Of a stretch of 35,700 bases of DNA, positions 19,956 through 28,531 are shown piece after piece. The stretch comes from Candidatus Bipolaricaulota bacterium (lineage in GTDB: Bacteria > Bipolaricaulota > Bipolaricaulia > UBA7950 > UBA9294): NCBI GenBank assembly GCA_015485945.1, contig WFSM01000063.1:1-35700 (forward strand), read 5' to 3'. Within the stretch, counting starts at the first letter, position 1. Each line of letters opens with the position of its first letter. The notes beneath the pieces were generated by a model. The model was given only the letters and a program-made list of their open reading frames with translations. It made no database searches and was not told the DNA's origin. A program made the position numbers and the translations under genes.

Positions 19956-21902
19956 ATGGATAAGGTTAACGCGGAAGATCTGCTCGCGTATCGGTTCCTG
20001 TCCGGGGTGCGGATCTCCCCTGATGGAAAATGGGCGGGATTTATCGTGAAGCGGGCACGGAAGAAGGAAAATGACTACGAAAGTGACATCTACGTCGTGA
20101 GCCTGGCAACCGGCACTGTCCGGCGACTGACCACCTCCGGCAAGGACGGGCCGTTCGCGTGGAGCGCCGATTCGCGGTCGATCGTGTTCGTATCGCGCCG
20201 TGGTGGGGAAAAGGAGAAAGAAAAGAAGGAAAGCCCGCTGTACCGCATCGCGATCGACGGTGGCGAGGCTGAACTGATCGGGACAATCCCCCACAAGGCC
20301 GAATCGCTCGAACTCCTGGACGACGGCCGCCTGCTTTACTCGGCGCGCGTGCCGCTGTTCGAAAAAAAAGAGGACGACAACGACTACGAGGTGCTGGACG
20401 AAATCCCGTTTTGGTCAAATGGAGTCGGGTTCACCAACAAGCGCCGTCGCCACCTGTTCGCGTTTGATCTCGCCTCCGGGAATGACGAGGAACTCGTAAC
20501 GGGGACGATCAACGTGACGGGGTTTGACATCCGCGGAACGGAGATCGCCTACACTGGCAAGGAGTTTGCGGATAAGGCGCCGCTCACCGACCAACTGTGG
20601 CTTCTCGATGTCGCCACTGGCGCGCGCACGTGTCTGTCCAAGGACGAGCTTTCTCTGTCCGCCCCGCGGTTCCTCGGAGATGGTCGAATCGTCGTCCTTG
20701 GGACCGATATGCGGACGTACGGGCTGAACGAGAATCGGGAAGTGCTCGTGGTCGACATCGCAACGGGAAAATTCTCGTCTCTCACCCCGGGGTGGGACCG
20801 TTCGACCGGAAACTCGGTCAACTCTGACGTCCGCCACGGCGGCGGGCCAATGATGCGCGCCGATGGAGAGTCCGTCTACGTGGTCGTGACCGAGGACGAC
20901 TCCTCCTATCTTGACTGTGTCATCTCTGGCGGGGAAACCACCCGCGCAGTTACGGCGCCGGGCTCGGTTGACGCGTTCGACGTCCGTGACGGCAGGCTCG
21001 TTTACGTCGCACTCCGGCCCGGCAAGCTGCAGGAGCTGTACACAATTGTCGATGGTGCCGAGCAGCGGCTGACCGCGCTTAACGCGGATGCGCTTGCCGG
21101 CAAAGCGGTGGCCGCGCCGGAGCGGTTTGCAGTTACCACCGCGGATGGGACCGAACTTGCCGCGTGGATCGTCCGTCCGCCTGACTGTGACCAAAGCCGA
21201 AAATATCCAACTGTCCTCGCCATCCACGGCGGGCCAAAGACGACCTACGGTGAGGTGTTCATCCACGAAATGCAGCTCCTCGCCGGTGCGGGCTACATCA
21301 TCGTGTTCGGCAACCCGCGCGGTTCGTCCGGACGGGGAAATGCGTTCGCCGACATCCGCGGCAAATACGGAACGATCGACTACGATGACTTGATGGCAAT
21401 CCTGGATGCGGCGATCGCGCGGTTCCCGGAAATCGACGCCGACCGTCTCGGGGTGATGGGCGGCTCGTACGGCGGGTTCATGACCAACTGGATCATCGGG
21501 CACACCGACCGGTTCAAGGCGGCGTGCTCACAACGATCAATCGCCAATTGGATCTCCAAGTTCTGCACCACCGATATCGGCTATTTCTTCAACTACGACC
21601 AGATCGGCGCTACCCCGTGGCAGGACGACGGCAACAAGCTGTGGCGGCACTCCCCGTTGCGCTACGCCGACCGGGCGAAAACCCCGACGCTGTTCATCCA
21701 CTCCCAAGAGGACTACCGCTGCTGGATCGCTGAGGGGATCCAGATGTTCACCGCGCTACGCTACCACGGGACCGAGACGCGATTGGTCATGTTCCGCGGC
21801 GAGAACCACGATCTGTCGCGCACCGGCAAGCCGCAACACCGCCTGCGCCGCCTGGAAGAGATCGTAAGTTGGTTCAATAACCACCTGAAGGGAGACGTAT
21901 GA
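19956..21902 (+). CDS. S9 family (acylaminoacyl/prolyl oligo-) peptidase
   Basis: N-terminal beta-propeller repeats (SPDG), IHGGP, NPRGS, nucleophile GGSYGG, HSQED, GENH; AAGGAGG RBS. Confidence 0.93.
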   Translation: MDKVNAEDLLAYRFLSGVRISPDGKWAGFIVKRARKKENDYESDIYVVSLATGTVRRLTTSGKDGPFAWSADSRSIVFVSRRGGEKEKEKKESPLYRIAIDGGEAELIGTIPHKAESLELLDDGRLLYSARVPLFEKKEDDNDYEVLDEIPFWSNGVGFTNKRRRHLFAFDLASGNDEELVTGTINVTGFDIRGTEIAYTGKEFADKAPLTDQLWLLDVATGARTCLSKDELSLSAPRFLGDGRIVVLGTDMRTYGLNENREVLVVDIATGKFSSLTPGWDRSTGNSVNSDVRHGGGPMMRADGESVYVVVTEDDSSYLDCVISGGETTRAVTAPGSVDAFDVRDGRLVYVALRPGKLQELYTIVDGAEQRLTALNADALAGKAVAAPERFAVTTADGTELAAWIVRPPDCDQSRKYPTVLAIHGGPKTTYGEVFIHEMQLLAGAGYIIVFGNPRGSSGRGNAFADIRGKYGTIDYDDLMAILDAAIARFPEIDADRLGVMGGSYGGFMTNWIIGHTDRFKAACSQRSIANWISKFCTTDIGYFFNYDQIGATPWQDDGNKLWRHSPLRYADRAKTPTLFIHSQEDYRCWIAEGIQMFTALRYHGTETRLVMFRGENHDLSRTGKPQHRLRRLEEIVSWFNNHLKGDV

Positions 21903-22330
21903 TTGCGATACGTGAACTTCAAGTTGAGGATTACGACGCGTTAATCGCGCTGTGGAACGCAGCTGGGCTGTCACATCGCCCGCACGGACGCGACCATCGG
22001 GATCACATCGCCCGCGAGATCGCTGGTCCGTGTTCGATCTTTCTTGTTGCTACCGATAACGGGCGGATTGTCGGATCGGTTTTGGGGACACACGATGGCC
22101 GCAAGGGTTGGATAAATCGGCTCGCCGTCCATCCCGACTATCAGCGCCGTGGGATCGCGGCCCTACTTGTGGGCGAGGTGGAACAGCGGTTGGCAGCGAT
22201 GGGGATCGACATTGTCGCCGCGCTGATCGAGGATTGGAATACAGTTTCGTGCGCCGTGTTCGATAAAATCGGCTACTATCGCCACGACGACATTCACTAC
22301 TATTCCAAGCGCAAGACCGCGGAGGTGTGA
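21899..22330 (+). CDS. GNAT N-acetyltransferase (YpeA-like)
   Basis: HDGRKGWINRLAVHPDYQRRGIA acetyl-CoA motif. Confidence 0.9.
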   Translation: MIAIRELQVEDYDALIALWNAAGLSHRPHGRDHRDHIAREIAGPCSIFLVATDNGRIVGSVLGTHDGRKGWINRLAVHPDYQRRGIAALLVGEVEQRLAAMGIDIVAALIEDWNTVSCAVFDKIGYYRHDDIHYYSKRKTAEV

Positions 22331-22773
22331 TGGAAGAACAAGTCTGTTACCGCCCAATCGGGATCGTCCATTCCCCGTACAAGGAGCCGCACGGGGTTCC
22401 GTTTCAACCAAGCTTTGGCCGCGGGGTGGAGGGGACGGTCGAGGTATTTCCCGAATACGCTGACGGCCTTGCTAACCTCGACGGGTTCAGCCACATCACG
22501 CTGATCTGTCACTTTCATCGTTCCGTTGGGTACCGGCTGCGGGTTACTACCCCACATCGGACCGGATTACGCGGCGTGTTCGCCACCCGTGCTCCGCACC
22601 GCCCTAACCCGATCGGGGTGTCCACCGTGCGGCTGCTTGGGGTAGATGGAAATATCGTACATATCGCTGATCTCGACATCATCGACGGCACACCGCTTCT
22701 TGACATCAAACCATACGTTCCAGTGTTTATCGAGCCTGATAAGTTAAATAACGGATGGTTGGAGGGAGAATGA
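22330..22773 (+). CDS. tsaA: tRNA m6t6A37 methyltransferase TrmO/TsaA-like protein
   Basis: PIG.VHSPY, GFSHI, GVFATRAPHRPNPIG, LDIIDGTPLLDIKPY. Confidence 0.88.
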   Translation: MEEQVCYRPIGIVHSPYKEPHGVPFQPSFGRGVEGTVEVFPEYADGLANLDGFSHITLICHFHRSVGYRLRVTTPHRTGLRGVFATRAPHRPNPIGVSTVRLLGVDGNIVHIADLDIIDGTPLLDIKPYVPVFIEPDKLNNGWLEGE

Positions 22774-23294
22774 TGAAACTGATTACATGGAACGACCATA
22801 TCGACTTGCTGGAGAACGCATTATCTGGAAACGGGGTATTTCTCGTTGCTCGTGACGAGGCGGGAAAGGCGAATCCGATGACGATCGGCTGGGGTGCAGC
22901 CGGACGGATCTGGAGCATTCCGACGTTCACTGTACTCGTGCGCCGTTCGCGTTACACCTACGACTGTTTGTGGCAGGAAGAGAGCTTTACCGTTAACGTG
23001 CCGCGCGGCGATGACCTCGCTGCCGCGCTCGATTTCTGCGGTCACCACTCGGGCAGAGACATCGACAAAGCAGCAGCATGCGGAATCACGTTCGCGCCGG
23101 GGACACAGGTATCCACCCCGATCATCGCCGGATGCGCCCTGTACTACGAGTGCCGGATCGTTATGCGCAAACAACTGGAAGAGAGTGCCTTCTCCGCTCC
23201 GCGTATTGTTGATAAGTACTATCATGACGACGATCACCACATGATCGTGATCGGCGAGATTGTCGCTGCCTATGTCGATCCAACGCGTGTGTAG
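22770..23294 (+). CDS. Flavin reductase-like (flavoredoxin) FMN-binding protein
   Basis: NPMTIGWG, VRRSRYT, FTVNVP, FCGHHSGRDIDK, YECR, H..VIGEI. Confidence 0.88.
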   Translation: MMKLITWNDHIDLLENALSGNGVFLVARDEAGKANPMTIGWGAAGRIWSIPTFTVLVRRSRYTYDCLWQEESFTVNVPRGDDLAAALDFCGHHSGRDIDKAAACGITFAPGTQVSTPIIAGCALYYECRIVMRKQLEESAFSAPRIVDKYYHDDDHHMIVIGEIVAAYVDPTRV

Positions 23295-23354
23295 TTGACT
23301 TTCGCCTCGGGCTCCCATTTAATGGAGAATACTAAATATGGAAAGGGGAGTACG

Positions 23355-23834
23355 ATGGGACGCTACACAATCCGGACGATGACGCAGTCCGACGCTGAGG
23401 CAGTGGCACGACTGGCGCGATTGTTCGAACCGATTTCAACCACCGTTTTTCGTGGGATCACCGCCGCGGATGTGTGCAGTTGGGTGCGGGACCGGTTGAA
23501 CCGTCCTGGCTGGGACGGATTTGTGGCCGTTGCCGAGGATGGGGAAGTGATCGGATTCACGCTGTGTAAAGACCTAGGAAAGGAGGAATCGGAGTTCATT
23601 TTTCCTGAAGCGCGTGAAACGATCCAACTCCTTTACCTCGCTGTCGATGAGGCGTTTCGCGGGCAAGGAATTGCGAGCGCTCTCATCCAGGCGTGCGAGG
23701 ACATGGCGAGAGAATCAGGGCGTACGGGGATCCTTCTTGATGTCACCGAGTCCAATCCAGCGATTAGCCTTTATCGTCGCCTTGGGTTCGAGCGTCTGGG
23801 CGCGCAGGTGTTCATGCGCAAGAAGTTGGAGTGA
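23355..23834 (+). CDS. GNAT N-acetyltransferase
   Basis: LAVDEAFRGQGIASAL, N.AISLYRRLGF; AAGGGGAG RBS. Confidence 0.9.
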   Translation: MGRYTIRTMTQSDAEAVARLARLFEPISTTVFRGITAADVCSWVRDRLNRPGWDGFVAVAEDGEVIGFTLCKDLGKEESEFIFPEARETIQLLYLAVDEAFRGQGIASALIQACEDMARESGRTGILLDVTESNPAISLYRRLGFERLGAQVFMRKKLE

Positions 23835-23854
23835 GTAGGCGGTAGCTCACGCAG

Positions 23855-24409
23855 CTATCGTGATCTTCGTGGCATTTCAACCGCCAGAAAGACGATCACT
23901 CCAATAGCAAGTATGATGTCGCCGACGCTGAACGCGGTGGCGAATGGAACTACTGCTGGAACGGCGAACCGATCGCCGAGGAAATTCAGCCGTGTGCCGG
24001 CGCTCATGAGAATGGTGTTGCTGTGGTGCAGAGTTTGCTCCAACGCCGCGACTGTCTTTTCCATGCCCGCATAGCGGAGCGCTGCGACCGACGCCGGCAT
24101 GTATCCCCCGTTTGCCGCGATGACAACGATGTTCGAAATAAGGCCAATTCCCATCGTGAACAACCCAACCAATCGGTAGTTGACCACAATAAACGCGAGG
24201 AGAAACGCGTACGACAGCAGATGCAGAACCTGGGTTCCAATCCGTACAATCGGCGCACCAGTTCCCAACGGGAATATCAGTACCTGAATTACCAACGCGG
24301 CAAGGATCAACCACAACCCGCTGAACTTCAGCCGGGCCAGGTTTCTCAGGGAACCGTGGCGGAGAAAACCGACAATAACCCCGATCACTAACGCCCACAG
24401 GAGGAACAT
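23855..24409 (-). CDS. DUF5317-family membrane protein
   Basis: GSLRNLARL, GLISNIVVIAANGGYMP, TRLNFLGD and FSVGDIIL motifs recognised as DUF5317; about 5 TM helices; starts 1 nt after the HD-GYP stop. Confidence 0.8.
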   Translation of the reverse strand: MFLLWALVIGVIVGFLRHGSLRNLARLKFSGLWLILAALVIQVLIFPLGTGAPIVRIGTQVLHLLSYAFLLAFIVVNYRLVGLFTMGIGLISNIVVIAANGGYMPASVAALRYAGMEKTVAALEQTLHHSNTILMSAGTRLNFLGDRFAVPAVVPFATAFSVGDIILAIGVIVFLAVEMPRRSR

Positions 24410-24410
24410 G

Positions 24411-25658
24411 CTAAATCACCGTGAGGAAGACCGTGACAATGTTGGGGTCAAGGTCCTTTCCGCTCATGTCCTGCATGATCTTAAGTGCCTCTTGTTTGGA
24501 ATAGGCGTTGCGATACGGACGGTCAGTGGTCAACGCATTGTAAACGTCGGCCACAGCGACAATCCGTGCCCCCAATGGAATCTGTTCACCGTTTAACCCA
24601 TCGGGATACCCGCTTCCGTCCCAGTGTTCGTGGTGGTGGCGGATGATGCCAATGCTTTTATCGTAGATCTCAAGCCCAGCGAGCAGGTCCGCGCTGATAA
24701 CCGGATGCCGTTTAATTGTCTCCCACTCGGCCGGGGTTAACTTGCCTGGTTTGAGGAGAACACGATCGGGGATGGCGATCTTCCCGATGTCGTGGACGCG
24801 TGCCGCCGCCACGATCGCCTCCACTTCATCTTCGGGCAACTTAAGCGCGCGCGCTATTCGCTCCGAGATAGCGGCCACCTCTTCCGAGTGCTTCCCGGTG
24901 TACGGATTGCGTTCCGTCAGGCTTTGGGCGACCTTTTCGAACGTTTCCTGCGCCTGGTGGCGCAACTGCATATAGCCGCGAAGCGATACGTGGACCAGGG
25001 CTAATGGAACGATGACAAGGAAAATGTACCACGGTTGAATCTGGAACAGGATGGCGAGCAGAAGCGACAGCACTCCCAGCGACAGAAGCTGGATATAGAG
25101 ATGGCGCAGGTTAAACCGAAGATGATATAAAAAGCTTATCTTCTCGGTGAGGTGGATGATCTCGGACACGAGTGACGTATTCACCAGGATGTAGGTTAGA
25201 AACGCGGCCACTGGCGGACCAAACTCCGCAAGCGTGGTATACGGTGGCGGATGCCCGCCGGCAGCTTTAAACACCGCGGCGCTGGCTGCAACGGTAATTA
25301 TGGTTTGGCTGACATTAAACATCACGTGGTAAAAGAACGATGAAATGTTACTATGAGGAGCCTTCCATCGCAGGATGATCTCGGCGGTAAGAGTCCCTAG
25401 CAAGACGGCCGGAATTACAAGCGTAGACCCGCCGAGGAAGATTGCCGCCAGGTAGATGGCAATGGACGCGGATGTATACCGCTGGTAAGTGATCTCGATC
25501 TCGTAGATCTCTGAAAAAAAAGCGATCACTCCGAGGAACGCTAGAGTTAAGAGAAAATAGCGGGTTAGTTCTACTTGCGGGAGGTAGAATGCGGTACACA
25601 AAACGGCGAGAGCGAACACGACCCATAAGTATATTTTCGCGCCTATTTTTAGCGACAT
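24411..25658 (-). CDS. Membrane-sensor HD-GYP c-di-GMP phosphodiesterase
   Basis: About 230-aa multi-TM N-terminus (MASE9-like); YTGKHS, HDIGK, HHEHWDGSGYPDGL, ARIVAVADVYNALTTDRPYR. Confidence 0.9.
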   Translation of the reverse strand: MSLKIGAKIYLWVVFALAVLCTAFYLPQVELTRYFLLTLAFLGVIAFFSEIYEIEITYQRYTSASIAIYLAAIFLGGSTLVIPAVLLGTLTAEIILRWKAPHSNISSFFYHVMFNVSQTIITVAASAAVFKAAGGHPPPYTTLAEFGPPVAAFLTYILVNTSLVSEIIHLTEKISFLYHLRFNLRHLYIQLLSLGVLSLLLAILFQIQPWYIFLVIVPLALVHVSLRGYMQLRHQAQETFEKVAQSLTERNPYTGKHSEEVAAISERIARALKLPEDEVEAIVAAARVHDIGKIAIPDRVLLKPGKLTPAEWETIKRHPVISADLLAGLEIYDKSIGIIRHHHEHWDGSGYPDGLNGEQIPLGARIVAVADVYNALTTDRPYRNAYSKQEALKIMQDMSGKDLDPNIVTVFLTVI

Positions 25659-25679
25659 TTAGTAACATTCTACAAAATT

Positions 25680-25706
25680 AAAAAGGGGGAGACAACCTCC
25701 TCCCCC
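25680..25706 (-). terminator. Intrinsic terminator between the peptide gene and the HD-GYP gene
   Basis: Minus strand reads GGGGGAG-gaggttgt-CTCCCCC-TTTTT. Confidence 0.7.
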
Positions 25707-25747
25707 ACAACTAAACCCTACTTAAATACCCTGCAGAAAAGTTACAT

Positions 25748-25873
25748 TTAATATCCCCACTTATCAGTAGCACCGCTTAAGATCAGAAGAGCTGCCAGCG
25801 ATAACAGGATGAACAACCCCTTTGGCCCCACAAGCTTACTGATCAACTTCGTCGGATAGTTTCCCCACTTCAT
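25748..25873 (-). CDS. 41-aa small hydrophobic peptide (putative signalling-peptide precursor) MKWGNYPTKLISKLVGPKGLFILLSLAALLILSGATDKWGY
   Basis: AAAGGGGG RBS 7 nt before ATG 25873; basic n-region, hydrophobic core, SGA, short polar/aromatic tail; own promoter and terminator. Confidence 0.7.
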   Translation of the reverse strand: MKWGNYPTKLISKLVGPKGLFILLSLAALLILSGATDKWGY

Positions 25874-25997
25874 TGATGTACCCCCTTTGTTGTAGTTTGG
25901 CCCTGCGTGAATCGTGGAACAGACTGCCACTCTCTCTAATAAGTAGGTTATCACCCCCTGACCAACCTGTATTTGTTACTTTTGTTACTTTTTATAT

Positions 25998-26027
25998 CTT
26001 ATACATCAACGAGAGGTGATAAGTCAA
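25998..26027 (-). promoter_or_regulatory. Sigma70-type promoter for the peptide cassette
   Basis: Minus strand TTGACT (26027-26022), 18-nt spacer, TATAAG (26003-25998), in an AT-rich spacer. Confidence 0.5.
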
Positions 26028-26071
26028 GTCCCCGCATGCTCCGCGCACGGTGATGCCGCGTGAGACACGGG

Positions 26072-26100
26072 TTGACAACGGAAGTGAATGCCGGTAAAGT
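26072..26100 (+). promoter_or_regulatory. Sigma70-type promoter for trpB2, giving a leader of about 180 nt
   Basis: TTGACA (26072-26077), 17-nt spacer, TAAAGT (26095-26100). Confidence 0.6.
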
Positions 26101-26285
26101 AATCGCGTTATGATCGAGGTGAGAGTCAGCGGACGAAGGAGGTGCGTTTGGGGTCTGTAGCCCCGTTTCGCTCGTTGATATCTCGTTTTTAGAATTCCCT
26201 CCGTTTAAACCGTGGTGGCGTCGCTAGAACCTTTCTGGTCGTCAGTTTGAAACATCCTTAAAAACCCAAGAAAGGAGACGTCATT

Positions 26286-27587
26286 ATGGAAAGAATCTTT
26301 AACTTAAATCAACACCAGTTGCCGACTCGTTGGTATAACGTACTTGCCGATCTCGATCGACCGCTTGATCCGCCGCTCGATCCTCGCACCCAGGAACCGC
26401 TCTCTCCGGAGGCACTCACCGCGCTGTTTGCCAAAACATGTGTGGAACAGGAGGTATCTACTGATCGGTTTATTGATATTCCTCCCGCGGTGCAGGACAT
26501 CTACCAACTGTGGCGGCCGACGCCGGTCTATCGAGCGGTGAACCTGGAGCGAGCGCTCGACACGCCCGCACACATCTACTACAAGTACGAGGGCGCGAGC
26601 CCTACCGGCTCGCACAAGACGAACACCGCGGTTGCCCAGGCGTACTACAACAAAATCGAGGGCACGAAGCGCCTTACCACCGAAACCGGGGCCGGCCAAT
26701 GGGGGAGCGCGCTGTCGTTTGCGTGTCAAGCCCTCGGTATCGACCTGACCGTGTTTATGGTCAAGGTGTCATACGAGCAAAAGCCGTATCGCAAGGCGAT
26801 GATCGAATTGTACGGAGCGGAGATCACGCCGTCGCCGTCGCAACGGACGCACGCCGGCCGCGCTGTGCTCGCCGAAGATCCTGATTCACCGGGATCGCTG
26901 GGGATCGCGATCTCTGAGGCGATCGAGGAGGCGATGGCCACCGGGGCGAAGTATTCGCTGGGAAGCGTGCTTAACCACGTACTCCTCCATCAAACGGTCA
27001 TCGGCCAGGAGGCACTGGCGCAGATGGATCTCGCCGGGGAGTACCCGGACGCCGTCGTCGGATGCGTGGGCGGCGGGTCGAACTTCGGTGGACTGATGCT
27101 TCCCATCCTGTACGATTCCCGCAATCGCGGGCGGCAGGTGGAATTCATCGCCGCCGAGCCGACTGCATGCCCGACGATGACCAAGGGCGAGGTGCGCTAC
27201 GATTTTGGGGATGAGGCTGAACTCACCCCGTTGTTACGCATGCACACCTTGGGGCACAAGTTTGTTCCCCCTCCGATTCACGCTGGCGGTCTGCGCTATC
27301 ACGGGATGGCACCGATTATCACCCGGTTGGTGGAGGACGGGGTGGTGCAGCCGGTCGCGTTCGACCAGTTAGAGGTGTTCAATGATGCGGTTATGTTTGC
27401 CCGTGCCGAAGGGATTATCCCCGCTCCGGAGACGGCGCACGCCGTGCATGCGGCCGTCGAACTGGCACGCGACTGTGCCCGCCGCGACGAAAAGAAAGTG
27501 ATTCTCATCGGCTTTTCCGGCCATGGGCACTTCGATATGTCCGCATACACTGCCTATCTTAGCGGGCAATTAGTCAGCACGCGTTGA
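26286..27587 (+). CDS. trpB: Tryptophan synthase beta chain type 2 (TrpB2, stand-alone PLP enzyme)
   Basis: WYN N-terminal extension, WRPTP, GSHK (PLP lysine), [30 protein letters not shown]; no adjacent trpA. Confidence 0.93.
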   Translation: MERIFNLNQHQLPTRWYNVLADLDRPLDPPLDPRTQEPLSPEALTALFAKTCVEQEVSTDRFIDIPPAVQDIYQLWRPTPVYRAVNLERALDTPAHIYYKYEGASPTGSHKTNTAVAQAYYNKIEGTKRLTTETGAGQWGSALSFACQALGIDLTVFMVKVSYEQKPYRKAMIELYGAEITPSPSQRTHAGRAVLAEDPDSPGSLGIAISEAIEEAMATGAKYSLGSVLNHVLLHQTVIGQEALAQMDLAGEYPDAVVGCVGGGSNFGGLMLPILYDSRNRGRQVEFIAAEPTACPTMTKGEVRYDFGDEAELTPLLRMHTLGHKFVPPPIHAGGLRYHGMAPIITRLVEDGVVQPVAFDQLEVFNDAVMFARAEGIIPAPETAHAVHAAVELARDCARRDEKKVILIGFSGHGHFDMSAYTAYLSGQLVSTR

Positions 27588-27600
27588 CTCCCTCCTTGTT

Positions 27601-27635
27601 GTCGGCCGGGTGGGGGAAAATCCCGCCCGGCCGAT
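27601..27635. terminator. GC-rich hairpin after trpB2 (between convergent genes)
   Basis: GTCGGCCGGGTGGG-GGAAAAT-CCCGCCCGGCCGAT; weak U-tail. Confidence 0.6.
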
Positions 27636-27648
27636 GCTTGCTGTTCAT

Positions 27649-27965
27649 AAAATCTCTCCGCTGGATACACCACAGCTTGTCGCGGGGAGGAAAGCGGAGA
27701 TTTGCCACCGACGAATCGGTTTGTTGTTTGTTCGGATTGCATGAAACCTACGCCAGAGAGCGTCGGGGACCCCAGTGGAGTAGGACTCCACGGGGCAGGC
27801 AAGACCCGACGTTACGGGAAACAGCAGCTTGTGTAGCGGCGCACCTTGTGTGCGACGTTGGTTTCCTGTGTCCGTGTGGCGACAGGGCGATACTTCAAAC
27901 TTCAACATAAGGATCAACTTCGGTTAGACCTCTAATGCCCCGCAGCTTGCTGCGGGGTTGTTTAC
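27649..27965 (-). mobile_element. Non-autonomous IS200/IS605-type element with HEARO/omegaRNA-like body, copy 1 (317 bp)
   Basis: Preceded by TTCAT (27644-27648) and ends in TTTAC; related terminal hairpins at 27668-27687 and CCCCGCAGCTTGCTGCGGGG (27938-27957); homologous end-to-end to 29906-30222; no target duplication. Confidence 0.75.
27770..27799 (-). repeat. REP-like hairpin nested in element copy 1
   Basis: Minus strand CCTG-CCCCGTGGAGT-cct-ACTCCACTGGGG; absent at the homologous position in copy 2. Confidence 0.55.
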
Positions 27966-28022
27966 TAGCTGGGCGCGATATAGCGGCGACTGGGAAAAAC
28001 CGATCCGGCCGAGTGCGGATGC

Positions 28023-28499
28023 TCAGGTGTACTTATCGGCGACTGACGATGCTGCGTACGCCTGCGGCTTGATGCGGACGGCGAATCCGCTTCCGATGAT
28101 CATCCCGACGACCTCATCGATCATTGCTTTGCTACGACCGTTTTCCCCGATATCAACGTGAATTTCCAGGTTAAACGGAAGTAGGGACTCCGCCGACAGC
28201 CGTGCCAGCAGCCGCTGCGCGAGATCGAACGATAACAGCGCTTCGCGCCAGATTTTTTGCCGGAGGGATGGTATTTTCGGCTCTCGCCGCCGCGTCCAGA
28301 AGTAACGTCCGCCCTTGCCAAGTTTATGGATGACGACGGCGCTCACCAGGTCGATCGTATCAGTTCCAGTGGAAGAATCAGTACCGACAAGGATCTCGTA
28401 ATGAGCTTTGGGATCGGATTCCATTTCGGAAATTATCGTGTGTATGACCGCGTCGAAGTCAAGCACACCTAAGTGAGGGTTGTAGAATTCTCCGTCCAT
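28023..28499 (-). CDS. RNase H-like YkuK (DUF458) family protein
   Basis: VGTDS, SAVVIH..GKGGRYF, LRQKI..E...S, EIHVDIG.NG.S, IKP.AYAASSVADKYT. Confidence 0.88.
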   Translation of the reverse strand: MDGEFYNPHLGVLDFDAVIHTIISEMESDPKAHYEILVGTDSSTGTDTIDLVSAVVIHKLGKGGRYFWTRRREPKIPSLRQKIWREALLSFDLAQRLLARLSAESLLPFNLEIHVDIGENGRSKAMIDEVVGMIIGSGFAVRIKPQAYAASSVADKYT

Positions 28500-28531
28500 T
28501 TTCGTGATGATAGCGCCGGGGAAAATATACT

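Noticed and set aside
26101-26240. T-box riboswitch upstream of trpB2
   Set aside because: GGTGGCGTC deviates from the GGTGGNACC T-box, and I find no clear UGG specifier loop or terminator; a cmsearch with the T-box model would settle it
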